Positions 41,055 through 53,110 of a stretch of DNA of 64,000 bases are shown piece after piece. Positions within the stretch are counted from its first letter, which is position 1. Each line of letters begins with the position of its first letter. The DNA is from an uncultured Actinomycetota bacterium. GTDB taxonomy: Bacteria > Actinomycetota > Actinomycetes > JAHEKZ01. Under the pieces are notes generated by a model, which saw only the letters and a program-made list of their open reading frames with translations, searched no databases and was not told the origin of the DNA. The DNA is taken from NCBI GenBank assembly GCA_963718235.1, contig CAVQYR010000001.1, forward strand, positions 928,001 through 992,000, read 5' to 3'. The position numbers were made by a program, and so were the translations under genes.

Positions 41055-42197
41055 ATGGTGCCCCTTGAGCCGTTAGACGCAGCGGGACGAGTCGTCGCAG
41101 AGCGCTTTCCGAGTGCCAATGCGGCGTTCCTGGCCGGGAGCGTGCTGACTCCGTACCGAAGCTTGACGTCCGACCTCGACATCGTGGTCGTCCTCGCGGG
41201 GCTGCCGGCGCCCTACCGCGAGACGATCCGCGAGCACGGGTGGGTGGTCGAGCTGTTCGTCCACAGCACGGAGTCGCTGGAGCACTACTGGAAGACCGAC
41301 CTGGCCGGCTTTCGATGCACGCTGGCTCGGATGTGTGCGGACGGCCTTGTCCTTCGCTCCGTCGACGGCGCGGCTGAACGGATCAAGAACGAAGCAAGAG
41401 GACGGGTCGAGGCTGGACCGCCGCCGGTGTCCCGAGAGGAGCTGGACCGTCGCCGGTACCTCGTCACCGATCTGCTGGACGACCTGCGTGGAGCGACCGG
41501 CCCGGGGGAGAGCACCTACATCGCGAGTGCGTTGCTGATCGCCGCGTCAGAGCTCGCCCTGCTCTCCGAACACCGGTGGCTCGCGACCGGCAAGTGGCTG
41601 GCCCGAGAGCTGAGCGACAGCGGTGGCGGGCTCTCAGGTGAGCTGGCGCGTGCCGTGCGGGCCCTCGTCGCGGACGGTGACCCGCAACCGCTCGACGACG
41701 CGGTGAACTCAGTGCTCGACCGATGCGGTGGTCCATTCACCGAGGGGTACCACGCTCGCGGCAACGTCCCGCCCCCGGCTGAAGATCGCCGCGACCAACC
41801 CGTCGATGGGCCGGGGGCTGCCCCGCCCAATCCAGTGACATACTTCGAGATTCCTGTGGGCGAGATGGACCGGGCGGTTCGCTTCTACGAGGCCGTCTTC
41901 GAGGTCCGTCTCGACCGCGGCCTGCTCGACGGCATCGAGATGGCCTGGTTCCCTGGCCGCGACGGTGCCCCAGGTATCGCCGGCGCTCTGGCCCGGGGCG
42001 ACAGCTATGTCCCAGGTGCTACGGGTGCTCGTGTCTACTTCAACAGCGAGAACATCGACGCGACACTGGCTCTCGCTGTCGACTCTGGCGGCGCGGTTCT
42101 CTACCCGAAGACCTCGATCGGCGAGCTTGGCGAGGTCGCCGAGTTCGAGGACACCGAAGGCAACTGCATCGCGCTGCACTGTCGTACGGCGCCTTGA
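41055..42197 (+). CDS. Nucleotidyltransferase domain fused to a VOC/glyoxalase domain
   Basis: N-terminal AGS...SDLD motif, Pro-rich linker, C-terminal YFEIP...FYEAVF...FEDTEGN. Confidence 0.8.
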   Translation: MVPLEPLDAAGRVVAERFPSANAAFLAGSVLTPYRSLTSDLDIVVVLAGLPAPYRETIREHGWVVELFVHSTESLEHYWKTDLAGFRCTLARMCADGLVLRSVDGAAERIKNEARGRVEAGPPPVSREELDRRRYLVTDLLDDLRGATGPGESTYIASALLIAASELALLSEHRWLATGKWLARELSDSGGGLSGELARAVRALVADGDPQPLDDAVNSVLDRCGGPFTEGYHARGNVPPPAEDRRDQPVDGPGAAPPNPVTYFEIPVGEMDRAVRFYEAVFEVRLDRGLLDGIEMAWFPGRDGAPGIAGALARGDSYVPGATGARVYFNSENIDATLALAVDSGGAVLYPKTSIGELGEVAEFEDTEGNCIALHCRTAP

Positions 42198-42363
42198 CGA
42201 CATCGACGTCGCCGACAGCACGTGGCCACGGCCGCCGGGGGAAGGGCCTCTCCGGGAAGGTCGCTGTCCAGGCGGAACCGACGGCGTGGCTCAGGATGCG
42301 CGTGGCTCTTGGGCCACTACCATCGGCGACGATCAGGGGGCAACCGACCTGCGATGAGGTGAC

Positions 42364-44865
42364 GTGTCGAAGAACGGGAGCACCGAGCCGATCGATGCCC
42401 CACGGCACGACCGGATCCGTCCCGACGAGGCCGTCACGCTCGACGAGAACCGTCGGTTCCACTTCGTTCCGGCCAGAATCTTCTCGTCAGCGGCCGATGC
42501 ACCACGAGCGCGTCGTCCGACTGACTGGTTGCTGCTGTTCGGCTCACTGTTCGGGCTGGCCCTGGTAACTCTCGTAGCACCCGGACCGACCGAGCTCGAC
42601 ACCGCAGTCGTCGGGCTGGTCCAGGCGCTGCCTGGACTCGCCGGATGGTTCTGGGAGATCTGCTACCTGCTGCTGGTGGGTTGGGCCGCGGTGCTTCTCG
42701 TGCTGCCTCTGGTGAGACCAGGGCGACGGCGTCTGTTCGTCGACCTGCTGCTCGCCGTGGTCCTGGCCGTCGTGCTGGCGATCGCGGCGGGAGCAATCGC
42801 CGGTACGGACTGGATCGCGAGCCTCGACGGCCTGCTGAACACCGAGCCTCCCGCGGTGTACCTCGGCGCCCGGATCGCCATCGCTGTGGCGGTGGTGGCG
42901 ACGGCCTCACCCCACCTGGCTCGGCCCCTGCGTGTGGTGGGGCGCGGAGTGGTGGGCCTAGGTGCGATCAGTGCCATCGCCTTGGGAGTCACGCTGCCGA
43001 CCGGGGCGCTCGCCGGCTTTTTCGTCGGCTGGCTGACGGGGGCGCTGGTCCATCTGTTGCTGGGGTCACCGGGTGGGCGGATGACCGTCGACCAGGTCCG
43101 GCTCGCACTGTCCGACCTCCGAGTCGAGGTCTCTGACCTGCAGGACACACCCCTGCAGCCCACGGGTGTCGCCCTCATGACAGGAACCAAGGACGACGGC
43201 TCGCGCGTCCTGGTCAAGGTCTACGGACGCGACGCATGGGACGGGCAGTTCCTGACCTCGGCGTGGTCGTCCCTTTGGACCCGGGGCGTGACGCCGCAGC
43301 TGAGCATGGGTCGGCTGCAGCAGGTCGAGCACGAGGCGTACGTGACCCTGCTCGCGCAGCGGGCGGGGGTCTCCGTCATGCCCATCGTCACCGCTGGCGC
43401 AGCTGCTGACGGCGATGCCCTGCTGGTCAGTGACGCGTCGGCCCGACCGCTGGTGCGCGTCGGGGTGGAGGAGGTTGACGATGCGCTGCTGACCCGGTTC
43501 TGGGTGGAGCTGGCTCGGCTGCACGCACTGGGGCTTGCGCACGGCGGAGTCGATGGCTATCGGCTGGTCGTGCGGGACGACGGGGCGGCCGCACTGGCTG
43601 ACCTCGGGGAGGCCAGGGTGGCGGCGTCTCACAACGCACTGATGACCGACCGCGCGCAGCTGCTCGTCTCGACCGCGCTCATCGTGGGCGATGTGCGCGC
43701 GGTTGCGGTCGCCGGAGATGCTCTCGGTGTCGATGGCTTGGTCGAGGTCCTCCCCTTCCTGCAGCCGGCGGTGCTGGACCGGGCCACGCGCCGGGCGGTG
43801 AGTGAGCAGGAGTGGGACCTGAAGGCGATGCGCCTCGCGGCATCCGCTCGTGCCGATGTCGAGCCGCCCGAGCTTGCTCAGGTACGGCGCGTAACGTGGG
43901 GCGCGGTGGTCAAGACCGCCCTGGTCGGCTTGTTCGCCTACCTCATCATCGCGGCGCTGGTCAACGTCGACTTCCAGCAGCTGGTTGACGAGCTCAAGGG
44001 CGCGAACATGGCGGTCTTGGCCCTGGCCCTGCTGGTGTCGCCCACCATCCAGGTGTCGCAGACGTTCTCGACGATCGGCGCAAGCATCCAGGCCGTTCGG
44101 TTCAAAGCGGTGCTCATGCTGCAGTACGCCATCCAGTTCATCGCCCTGGCCGTCCCGAGCTCTGCCGCACGACTGGCACTGGAGATCCGGTTCTTCCAGA
44201 GCTTCGGCGTTGGACCCGGTGGGGCGACGTCGATCGGCGTGATCGACAGCGTCAGCGGATTCGCGATCCAGATCAGCTTGATCCTCATCATCATGTTGAC
44301 CGGGCTCGCCGACCTCAACCTGTTCGGGTCCGGCTCCAGCTCGACCGACTCGACCGGGTCCGACCCCAACGTCCTGCTGATCCTGGTCGCTCTGCTCCTG
44401 GTCGGGATCGTGGTGGCCTGGGCGGTGCCGAGGTACCGAGCGGCCATCAAGACGGCCGTCCCACGATACCGCGCCATGCTGCGCGACCAGAGGTCCCAGG
44501 CAGCCACGGCGCTGGGCGTGTTTCGCCACATCAACAAGGTGCTGCTGCTGCTGGGTGGCAACCTGGGCGCCCAGCTGCTCCAGGCCCTCGTCCTTGGCAT
44601 CTGCCTCAAGGCGTTCGGTTACGACGCCACTTTGGCGCAGCTCATTCTGATCAACACCGGGGTCAGTCTCTTTGCGGGATTCATGCCGATCCCCGGCGGC
44701 ATGGGTGTCGCGGAGGCGGGGTACACCGCCGGGCTGCAGGCCATTGGGGTTCCTGCCGCGGCCGCTGTGTCCACCGCCCTGGCGTTTCGACTGGTCACCT
44801 TCTACCTGCCGCCACTGTGGGGCGGGCCGGCGATGAGGTGGCTGCGTACCCACTCCTACGTGTAA
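42364..44865 (+). CDS. Lysylphosphatidylglycerol-synthase-TM (UPF0104) membrane protein with central kinase-like region
   Basis: N-terminal TMs, VKVYGRD, AHGG..LADLG and C-terminal PIPGGMGVAEA..FRLVTFYLP. Confidence 0.8.
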   Translation: MSKNGSTEPIDAPRHDRIRPDEAVTLDENRRFHFVPARIFSSAADAPRARRPTDWLLLFGSLFGLALVTLVAPGPTELDTAVVGLVQALPGLAGWFWEICYLLLVGWAAVLLVLPLVRPGRRRLFVDLLLAVVLAVVLAIAAGAIAGTDWIASLDGLLNTEPPAVYLGARIAIAVAVVATASPHLARPLRVVGRGVVGLGAISAIALGVTLPTGALAGFFVGWLTGALVHLLLGSPGGRMTVDQVRLALSDLRVEVSDLQDTPLQPTGVALMTGTKDDGSRVLVKVYGRDAWDGQFLTSAWSSLWTRGVTPQLSMGRLQQVEHEAYVTLLAQRAGVSVMPIVTAGAAADGDALLVSDASARPLVRVGVEEVDDALLTRFWVELARLHALGLAHGGVDGYRLVVRDDGAAALADLGEARVAASHNALMTDRAQLLVSTALIVGDVRAVAVAGDALGVDGLVEVLPFLQPAVLDRATRRAVSEQEWDLKAMRLAASARADVEPPELAQVRRVTWGAVVKTALVGLFAYLIIAALVNVDFQQLVDELKGANMAVLALALLVSPTIQVSQTFSTIGASIQAVRFKAVLMLQYAIQFIALAVPSSAARLALEIRFFQSFGVGPGGATSIGVIDSVSGFAIQISLILIIMLTGLADLNLFGSGSSSTDSTGSDPNVLLILVALLLVGIVVAWAVPRYRAAIKTAVPRYRAMLRDQRSQAATALGVFRHINKVLLLLGGNLGAQLLQALVLGICLKAFGYDATLAQLILINTGVSLFAGFMPIPGGMGVAEAGYTAGLQAIGVPAAAAVSTALAFRLVTFYLPPLWGGPAMRWLRTHSYV

Positions 44866-44916
44866 ACCCGGTGACCCTAGGCGGTCTGTTCGGTGACTTG
44901 AGGCACAGGTGCGGGG

Positions 44917-45828
44917 CTAGTTGAGTCTCGACGAGCCGTGTCCGGCCATCCGGGCCCGCAGCTGAGCCCGGTCGATCGGCAGCGGTTGGGTCGAGTCGAG
45001 GAACTGCAGCAGCAGCTGGGCGAACCGGGCCGGCTCGTCCATGTGCGGGAAGTGCCGCGACTGCTCGAACACCTCCAGCCTGCTGCCGGGAATCGCCGCA
45101 TGTGCGGCCCTCGCATGGGCCACCGGGATCACCGTGTCCAGCGCACCCCAGACGATGAGGGTGGGACGACCCTCGGACAGGTAGTGCCGGTCGGCCGCGC
45201 TCACCCGTTGTCCTCCGGGCTCGACGACGCTGCGCAGTGTGTGCACGAACGCCGAGCGAGCCGGCCCGTCGGCCAGGGAGGCGTAGCCGCGCGCCGCCTC
45301 GGACACCGAAGGGCGCGGACGCACGGGAAGCCGGCTCATCAGACGACCCAGCGCCACGCCGGCATCGCGCACGTAGTGGTTGGCGATGACGGGCAGCACG
45401 AGCTCGGCACCGGGAAGGGTGGCCGCCCGAAGCGCGATGCTCACCTCCCGGCCCAGCCCCCCGCTGGACACGAGAACGAGACGCTCGCAGCGCTCGTGGT
45501 ACTGGTAGGCGAACTGCATGGCCACGCCGCCGCCCAGCGAGTGACCGACCACGGTGACCCGCTCGTGCCCCAGATGCTCCAGCAGGTCACGCAGCACGCT
45601 GGCCAGGGCGCCGAGCGAGTAGTCGGTGCGCGGCTTGTCGGAGTCGCCGTGGCCCAGCAGGTCGGGGGCGATCACGTGAGCACGTCCGGCCAGCGTGGGG
45701 ATGACCGGGTCCCAGGTTGCGCTGCTGCTGGTGATGCCGTGGACCAGCAGGACGACGGGTAGCCCCGGGTCGCCGGCCGTCTGGTAGACCACCCGATGAC
45801 CGTGCAGGGTGACTTCGGTCTGCTGCAT
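44917..45828 (-). CDS. Alpha/beta hydrolase
   Basis: Motifs LVHGI, DLLGHG, GHSLGGG and HFPH; GGAGG RBS before ATG 45828. Confidence 0.9.
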   Translation of the reverse strand: MQQTEVTLHGHRVVYQTAGDPGLPVVLLVHGITSSSATWDPVIPTLAGRAHVIAPDLLGHGDSDKPRTDYSLGALASVLRDLLEHLGHERVTVVGHSLGGGVAMQFAYQYHERCERLVLVSSGGLGREVSIALRAATLPGAELVLPVIANHYVRDAGVALGRLMSRLPVRPRPSVSEAARGYASLADGPARSAFVHTLRSVVEPGGQRVSAADRHYLSEGRPTLIVWGALDTVIPVAHARAAHAAIPGSRLEVFEQSRHFPHMDEPARFAQLLLQFLDSTQPLPIDRAQLRARMAGHGSSRLN

Positions 45829-45928
45829 GGCGGCCTCCGGTGGTTTGGGGGTCCAGCACAGCATGTCGGCCCCGGGCCGGTGAGCCCGGGTCGGGCATCG
45901 CGCCGCCCACCGTCGAGGACCGTCACGG

Positions 45929-45945
45929 AGGGGCCCTTAGCCCCT
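45929..45945. promoter_or_regulatory. Candidate DosR/OsdR-type box
   Basis: AGGGGCCCTTAGCCCCT is an inverted repeat resembling the DosR GGGAC-N4-GTCCC core, about 60 bp upstream of the ATPase operon. Confidence 0.45.
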
Positions 45946-46006
45946 CGCCCTGAGGCCCCTCAGCGGCGACTGTGGAGGTGAGGCTCACCCATGACAGGGG
46001 CTCACC

Positions 46007-46453
46007 ATGCCGAGCGTTCGTGACTTTCTCGAGCGGCTGCGTCCCAGCGGTACACCTGGCGCCGCGGCCCTCTCGGGAGTTCCCGCCGATCGGGTGGCCG
46101 AGCGCTCGGCCGAGCTGGAGCCGGTCCTCGCCCGGCTGGCCGACGTCCAGGTCGAGGCGTCGGAGATCAGGCGGGCGGCTGACGTTGAGGCAAGGCGCAG
46201 ACGCGACGATGCCGCGACTCGCGCGCGTGCCCTTGTCGCCGAGGCGCACCGGATGGTCGAGGCCGAGCGGCGTGACTCTGCGGCCAGGGCTCATGCGAGG
46301 GCAGCGCACGAGACCCATGACCGCCTGGGCGAGGCTGCTTCGCAATCGGTGGCCATCGCCGACCTGGCGCGCGCCCGTGAACCGGCGTTGGTCGACCGGG
46401 TCGTGGATCGGGCCAGGGCGGACGTGGCCGATCTTCTCGGTGGCGGGCCATGA
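46007..46453 (+). CDS. A/V-type ATPase peripheral stalk subunit (G/H-like)
   Basis: Ala/Arg/Glu coiled coil; first gene of the operon. Call is positional. Confidence 0.55.
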   Translation: MPSVRDFLERLRPSGTPGAAALSGVPADRVAERSAELEPVLARLADVQVEASEIRRAADVEARRRRDDAATRARALVAEAHRMVEAERRDSAARAHARAAHETHDRLGEAASQSVAIADLARAREPALVDRVVDRARADVADLLGGGP

Positions 46454-47371
46454 CCGCGGCGTGGGTCGCAGGGGCGGTCCGGGCTACCGCCATGTCGCAG
46501 CGACGCCTCGGAGCCGCGTCCGCGCGGCGCCTGGCTGCCCGGTCCAGCCTTCCCGAAGCGGTGGAGGTGCTCGCGCTCAGCCCGTACGGGCAGTACGTGC
46601 GCGCGGGTCAGACCCTCGCCGAGGCACAGCGCGCCGTCTCGGCAACCCTGCTGTGGCATCTGCGCGTACTCGGGGGCTGGGTTCCTCGCGGCGATGCCCG
46701 GATCCTGCGCGTCCTGGCGGGTGGCTTCGAGATCGCCAACACCGACGAGCGGCTGCGCGAGCTGGGCTCAGCGGACGCCGAGCCTGCGTTCCAGCTGGGC
46801 AGCCTGGCCACTGCCTGGGGTCGGATCTCGTCGGCCACGTCCGTCGCCCAGGTGCGTGAAGCCTTGGCCCGGTCGGTCTGGGGGGACCCGGGAGCCGACA
46901 CCGACGCAGCCATCCATCTCGGCCTGCGTCTGTCGTGGGCCGCACGGGTCGCCTCGGTCGTGCCATCGGCCCGACCGTGGGCGGGCGGCGCCGCTGCACT
47001 CCTGTTGGCCCGCGAGGTGGTGCTCGGGGGGCAGCATCCGACGTCCCCCACGGTCCGGGTGGTTGCACCCCTGCTCGGCACGGCCTGGGTCGCCGAAGGC
47101 ACGGTTCGGGGGCTCGCCAAGGCCCTGCCCGTCGACGCGCGGTGGGCTCTCGATGAGGTGGGCGAGCCGAGCGACCTGTGGCTGGCGGAGGCCGCGTGGT
47201 GGGCGCGAGTGGAGCGCGACGGCTTCTCCTTGCTGCGTCGTCCGGTCACCACGTCTGCGCCGGTGATCGGCTCGGTGGCCGTCCTTGCGGCAGATGCCTG
47301 GCGGGTCCGGGCTGCACTGGAGGTCGCCTCGCGCGGTGGCGCGGCGACGGCCGGGGTTCTGGAGGTGTTCG

Positions 47372-47385
<14 letters not shown>
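46450..47385 (+). CDS. A/V-type ATPase subunit C-like
   Basis: 311 aa, helical, L..SPYG and FEIAN motifs; position in the operon. Confidence 0.6.
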
Positions 47386-49206
<1,821 letters not shown>

Positions 49207-49207
49207 C

Positions 49208-49432
49208 ATGGGACGGGTAGCCGCGATCGGTGAGGCCGTACGGGTGCAGGGCCTGCGACTGGCCGGCGTGCTGGTGCTGCCTGGCGAGGAGCCGGCCGAG
49301 GTGCGGGCCAGCTGGGCCGGCCTGCCGGACGACGTCGCGGTGGTCGTGCTGACGTCGGCCGCGGCTGCTGCCCTCAACTCGGCTCCGCCGACGAACCGAC
49401 TGGCTCGCCCGACGGTGGTGATGCCGCCGTGA
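49208..49432 (+). CDS. A/V-type ATPase subunit F
   Basis: VAAIGE...GLRLAGV and terminal VVMP. Confidence 0.82.
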   Translation: MGRVAAIGEAVRVQGLRLAGVLVLPGEEPAEVRASWAGLPDDVAVVVLTSAAAAALNSAPPTNRLARPTVVMPP

Positions 49433-49956
49433 CGGACACCAGCATCGAAACCCGGGTCGACTCACTGTCGTCAGTGCGCGATGCGTTGTTGGCTCAGGCG
49501 CACCGCGACGCCGCTGCGGTCCTGTCCGACGCGGACGCCGCCGTGGCCGCGACGATGGACGCCGCGCGGGCGGAGGCCGCCGCTCTGCGTGCACAGGCGA
49601 GGGAACGCGGTGAGCTGGACGCCGCCGCCATTCTCGCCGGCGAACGGGCCAAGACCGCCCGTCGCGTGCGACAGATCGTGCTGGCACAACGTCAGATCGC
49701 CTACGAGTCGCTGCGCCGACGGGCGCGCGATGCCGTGTCCGAGCTGCGTCACGACCCCAGCTACCCGGCGCTGCTGGACGCCCTGCGTGAGCGAGTGACC
49801 CGCGAGCTCGGACCCGAGGCGCACCTGTGGGAGCACGAGCGCGGCGGGATCGTCGGAGAGGCCGAGGGTCGAAGCGTCCAGTACACGCTGGACGACCTCG
49901 CCGACCTCGTGGTCGACGAGCTCGGGCCCGAGCTCGAGGAGCTGTGGTCCGCGTGA
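49429..49956 (+). CDS. A/V-type ATPase subunit E
   Basis: N-terminal coiled coil, GGIV..VQYTLD, terminal LW. Confidence 0.8.
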   Translation: MTDTSIETRVDSLSSVRDALLAQAHRDAAAVLSDADAAVAATMDAARAEAAALRAQARERGELDAAAILAGERAKTARRVRQIVLAQRQIAYESLRRRARDAVSELRHDPSYPALLDALRERVTRELGPEAHLWEHERGGIVGEAEGRSVQYTLDDLADLVVDELGPELEELWSA

Positions 49957-51713
49957 CCGACGACAGGTCGAAGGGAGGCGCCACAGCCGGACGGGTGGTT
50001 CGGGTGAACGGCCCGTTGGTGGAGGTCGAGGGCCTCGACGGGGTCGCGATGTCGGAGGTGGTGGAGCTCGGACCACTCCGGATTCCAGGGGAGCTGGTGT
50101 CCTTCGCCGGCAGTGTCGCCACCGTTCAGGCCTATGAGTACACCGGGGGGATGAGGCCGGGTCACTCGGTCGTCCCTCGGGGTGAGCCGCTGTCCGCACC
50201 GCTGGGACCGGGGCTGCTCGGCGGTGTGTTCGACGGCCTGCTGCGTCCGCTGGCCGGCGCGGGGCTGTGGCTCACCCCGGGCGGCAAGCCGCCGGAGGCC
50301 TCACCCGCATGGCGGTTCGAGCCCGATGTCGAACCCGGCGACGAGGTCGTCGCAGGTGTGAGCCTGGGCACCGTCCACGGTGTCGGCTCACTGCCGCTGC
50401 GCGTGCTCGTCCCGCCAGGGACTGCCGGCAGGGTCGAGGACGTCGTGTCGTCGGGCGACTATGCCGACGACGTCCCCCTTGCGGTGGTCGGTGGTCGGCC
50501 GGTGGCCATGAAGCAACGCTGGCCGGTGCGCCGACCACGGCCCTACGTCTCCCGGCTCGACGGAGGCAAGCCGCTGGTCACCGGGCAGCGGGTGCTCGAC
50601 CTGCTGTACCCGGTGGCACTGGGCAGCACCGCCGCAGTGCCCGGCGGGTTCGGTACCGGCAAGACGGTGCTGCTCCAGCAGGTGGCCAAGTGGTGCGCTG
50701 CCGACGTCATCGTCTACGTGGGGTGCGGGGAGCGGGGCAACGAGATGGCCGACGTGGTCGCCGAGCTCGCTGAGCTCGTGGACCCACGCACCGGTGGGCG
50801 GCTCGCCCATCGGACCGTCGTGGTGGCCAACACGTCGAACATGCCGATGATGGCCAGGGAGGCGAGCGTCTACGCGGGGATGACGGTGGCGGAGTTCTTC
50901 CGCGACATGGGACTGCACGCCGTGGTGATCGCCGACTCCACGTCACGGTGGGCCGAGGCGCTGCGTGAGTTCGCATCGCGCTCCGGCGCACTGCCCGCCG
51001 AGGAGGGCTACCCCGCGGGACTCGGCTCGGCACTGGCCGCCTTCTACGAGCGGGCCGGGCACGTGGTGACGCTGGGCGGCGGGCAGGGCTCGGTCACCGT
51101 GGTGGGAGCCATCTCACCGCAGGGTGGCGACGTCACCGAGCCGGTGACCGCGAACACCCAGCGGTTCGTCCGCAGCGTGTGGTCCCTCGACCGCGACCTC
51201 GCCTACGCGCGGCACTACCCGGCCGTCTCGTGGACGTCCTCCTTCTCCCGTGACGCCGAGCCGGTGGGCGCGTGGCACGCGGCCACCGGCGACCCCGACT
51301 GGGCCCGGCAACGGGCTCGGGTCCTCGGGCTGGTGGCTGACGCCGACCGGCTGGCCGCGCTGGCGGACCTCGTGGGCGTGGGCTCACTGCCGAGCGCAGA
51401 GCGCATGGTGCTGCTCGCGGGTCGGCTGCTGCGTGAGGCGGTGCTGCAGCAGAGCGCGCTCTCGACCTTCGACGCGGCGTGCTCACCGGAGAAGGGGGCC
51501 GCGCTGGTTGACGCCGTGCTCACCGTGTTCGACCGCTGCCAGGCTCTGGTCGAACGCGGCGTGCTGGCCTCGCTGGTGGAGGAGGTCGACTGGGGCCTTT
51601 TGGTCCGAGCGCGTGACGAGACGGAGTCCTCGGACGTCGACGGGGTGCACGCGCGGCGCGACGCCGTCCTCGCGGTCCTGGACCGGCTCGCGCCGGGGGA
51701 GGCCGGGCCATGA
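49953..51713 (+). CDS. A/V-type ATPase catalytic subunit A
   Basis: Motifs GGFGTGKT, GCGERGNEM, NTSNMPMMAREAS and DSTSRWAEALRE. Confidence 0.96.
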   Translation: MTDDRSKGGATAGRVVRVNGPLVEVEGLDGVAMSEVVELGPLRIPGELVSFAGSVATVQAYEYTGGMRPGHSVVPRGEPLSAPLGPGLLGGVFDGLLRPLAGAGLWLTPGGKPPEASPAWRFEPDVEPGDEVVAGVSLGTVHGVGSLPLRVLVPPGTAGRVEDVVSSGDYADDVPLAVVGGRPVAMKQRWPVRRPRPYVSRLDGGKPLVTGQRVLDLLYPVALGSTAAVPGGFGTGKTVLLQQVAKWCAADVIVYVGCGERGNEMADVVAELAELVDPRTGGRLAHRTVVVANTSNMPMMAREASVYAGMTVAEFFRDMGLHAVVIADSTSRWAEALREFASRSGALPAEEGYPAGLGSALAAFYERAGHVVTLGGGQGSVTVVGAISPQGGDVTEPVTANTQRFVRSVWSLDRDLAYARHYPAVSWTSSFSRDAEPVGAWHAATGDPDWARQRARVLGLVADADRLAALADLVGVGSLPSAERMVLLAGRLLREAVLQQSALSTFDAACSPEKGAALVDAVLTVFDRCQALVERGVLASLVEEVDWGLLVRARDETESSDVDGVHARRDAVLAVLDRLAPGEAGP

Positions 51714-53110
51714 CGGGGTGGGGCGTCGTCGAGCACACGGCGATCGGCGGGCTGACCGGTCCGCTCCTGGTTGTCGAGGGGGTGCAGGACGTGGGCTGGG
51801 ACGAGTTCGTGACCGTTCGGACGGATGGTGCAGCAGACCGCCACGGGGTGGTGCTCGAGGTCGACCGGGACCTGGCCGTGGTCCAGGTGCTCGAGGGCAC
51901 CGAAGGGCTGGACCCGAAGCGGACCCGGGTGCGCTTCAGCGGGGCGCCGCTGCGCATCCCGGTGGGGGAGGGATGGCTCGGTCGCGTGTGCAACGGGCGC
52001 GGTGCCCCGCTGGACGGAGGACCGCCGGTCTTCGGGGCCGGCTCGGCGCCCACGACGGGAGCCCCGCTGAACCCGCTCATGCGTGAGCCCCCGGCCGAGC
52101 CGGTCATCACCGGGATCTCGGCGGTCGACGGCCTGGCGACCCTGGTGCGAGGGCAGAAGCTCGCCGTCTTCTCCGTCGCCGGGCTGCCCCACCTGGAGCT
52201 GGCGACCCAGATCGCGGCGCAGGCAACGGCCGGCGACGACCCGTTCTGTGTGGTGTTCGCTGCCATGGGCGTCACCCATGCGGACGCGTCCACCGTGCGT
52301 GAGGTGCTCGAGACTCGGTCTCAAGCGGGTGAGCTGGTCCTGCTGCTGAACACCGCCGACGACCCGGTGATCGAGCGGATCCTCACGCCACGGATCGCCC
52401 TCACGGTCGCGGAGCACCTGGCCTTCACCGCCGGCCGTCACGTGCTCGTCGTCATGACCGACATGACCAGCTACGCCGAGGCCCTGCGCGAGGTGTCCGC
52501 GGCGAGAGGGGAGATCCCGGCCCGCAGGGCCTACCCGGGCTACCTGTACAGCGACCTGGCCTCCCTGTACGAGCGGTGCGGGCGGGTGCGGGGGCAGCCG
52601 GGGTCGGTGACCGTCCTTCCGGTGCTCACGATGCCGGCCGGTGACATCAGCCACCCGGTGCCCGACCTCACCGGCTACATCACCGAGGGTCAGCTCGTCC
52701 TGTCACCCGAGATCCACGCCCGCGGTGTCTACCCCCCGATGGACCCGTTGGAGTCGCTGTCCCGGCTCATGCGCAAGGGAGCCGGACCGGGACGAACCCG
52801 CCCGGACCACCTCGACCTGGCCAACCAGCTGCTCGCTGCGCTGGCGCGCGCTCGACAGGCCGGCGAGCTTGCCGACATGGTCGGCACGGACGCACTCAGC
52901 GGGACCGACCGTCAGTACGTCGCCTACGAGGCGGTCTTCGAGCGTCGCCTGCTCGACCAGGGGCGGGCGGAGAACCGGACCCTGGACGACACTCTCGACC
53001 TGGCCTGGGACGTGCTCGGCGAGCTGCCGCGCCGCGAGCTCACCATGCTTCCAGCCGCACTCGTCGCGGAGCACTACGCATCGCACGAGGGGGAGGGGGC
53101 GACGTCGTGA
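51710..53110 (+). CDS. A/V-type ATPase subunit B
   Basis: Motifs VRGQKL..FS..GLPH, YPGYLYSDLASLYER, HPVPDLTGYITEGQ and SLSRLM. Confidence 0.96.
   Translation: MTGWGVVEHTAIGGLTGPLLVVEGVQDVGWDEFVTVRTDGAADRHGVVLEVDRDLAVVQVLEGTEGLDPKRTRVRFSGAPLRIPVGEGWLGRVCNGRGAPLDGGPPVFGAGSAPTTGAPLNPLMREPPAEPVITGISAVDGLATLVRGQKLAVFSVAGLPHLELATQIAAQATAGDDPFCVVFAAMGVTHADASTVREVLETRSQAGELVLLLNTADDPVIERILTPRIALTVAEHLAFTAGRHVLVVMTDMTSYAEALREVSAARGEIPARRAYPGYLYSDLASLYERCGRVRGQPGSVTVLPVLTMPAGDISHPVPDLTGYITEGQLVLSPEIHARGVYPPMDPLESLSRLMRKGAGPGRTRPDHLDLANQLLAALARARQAGELADMVGTDALSGTDRQYVAYEAVFERRLLDQGRAENRTLDDTLDLAWDVLGELPRRELTMLPAALVAEHYASHEGEGATS

Noticed and set aside
32067-45000. Intact integrative element or prophage at ssrA
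   Set aside because: No integrase or phage genes and no convincing duplicate of the ssrA 3' end. The 9-bp CACCTCCAC near 34837 is too short to exceed chance.
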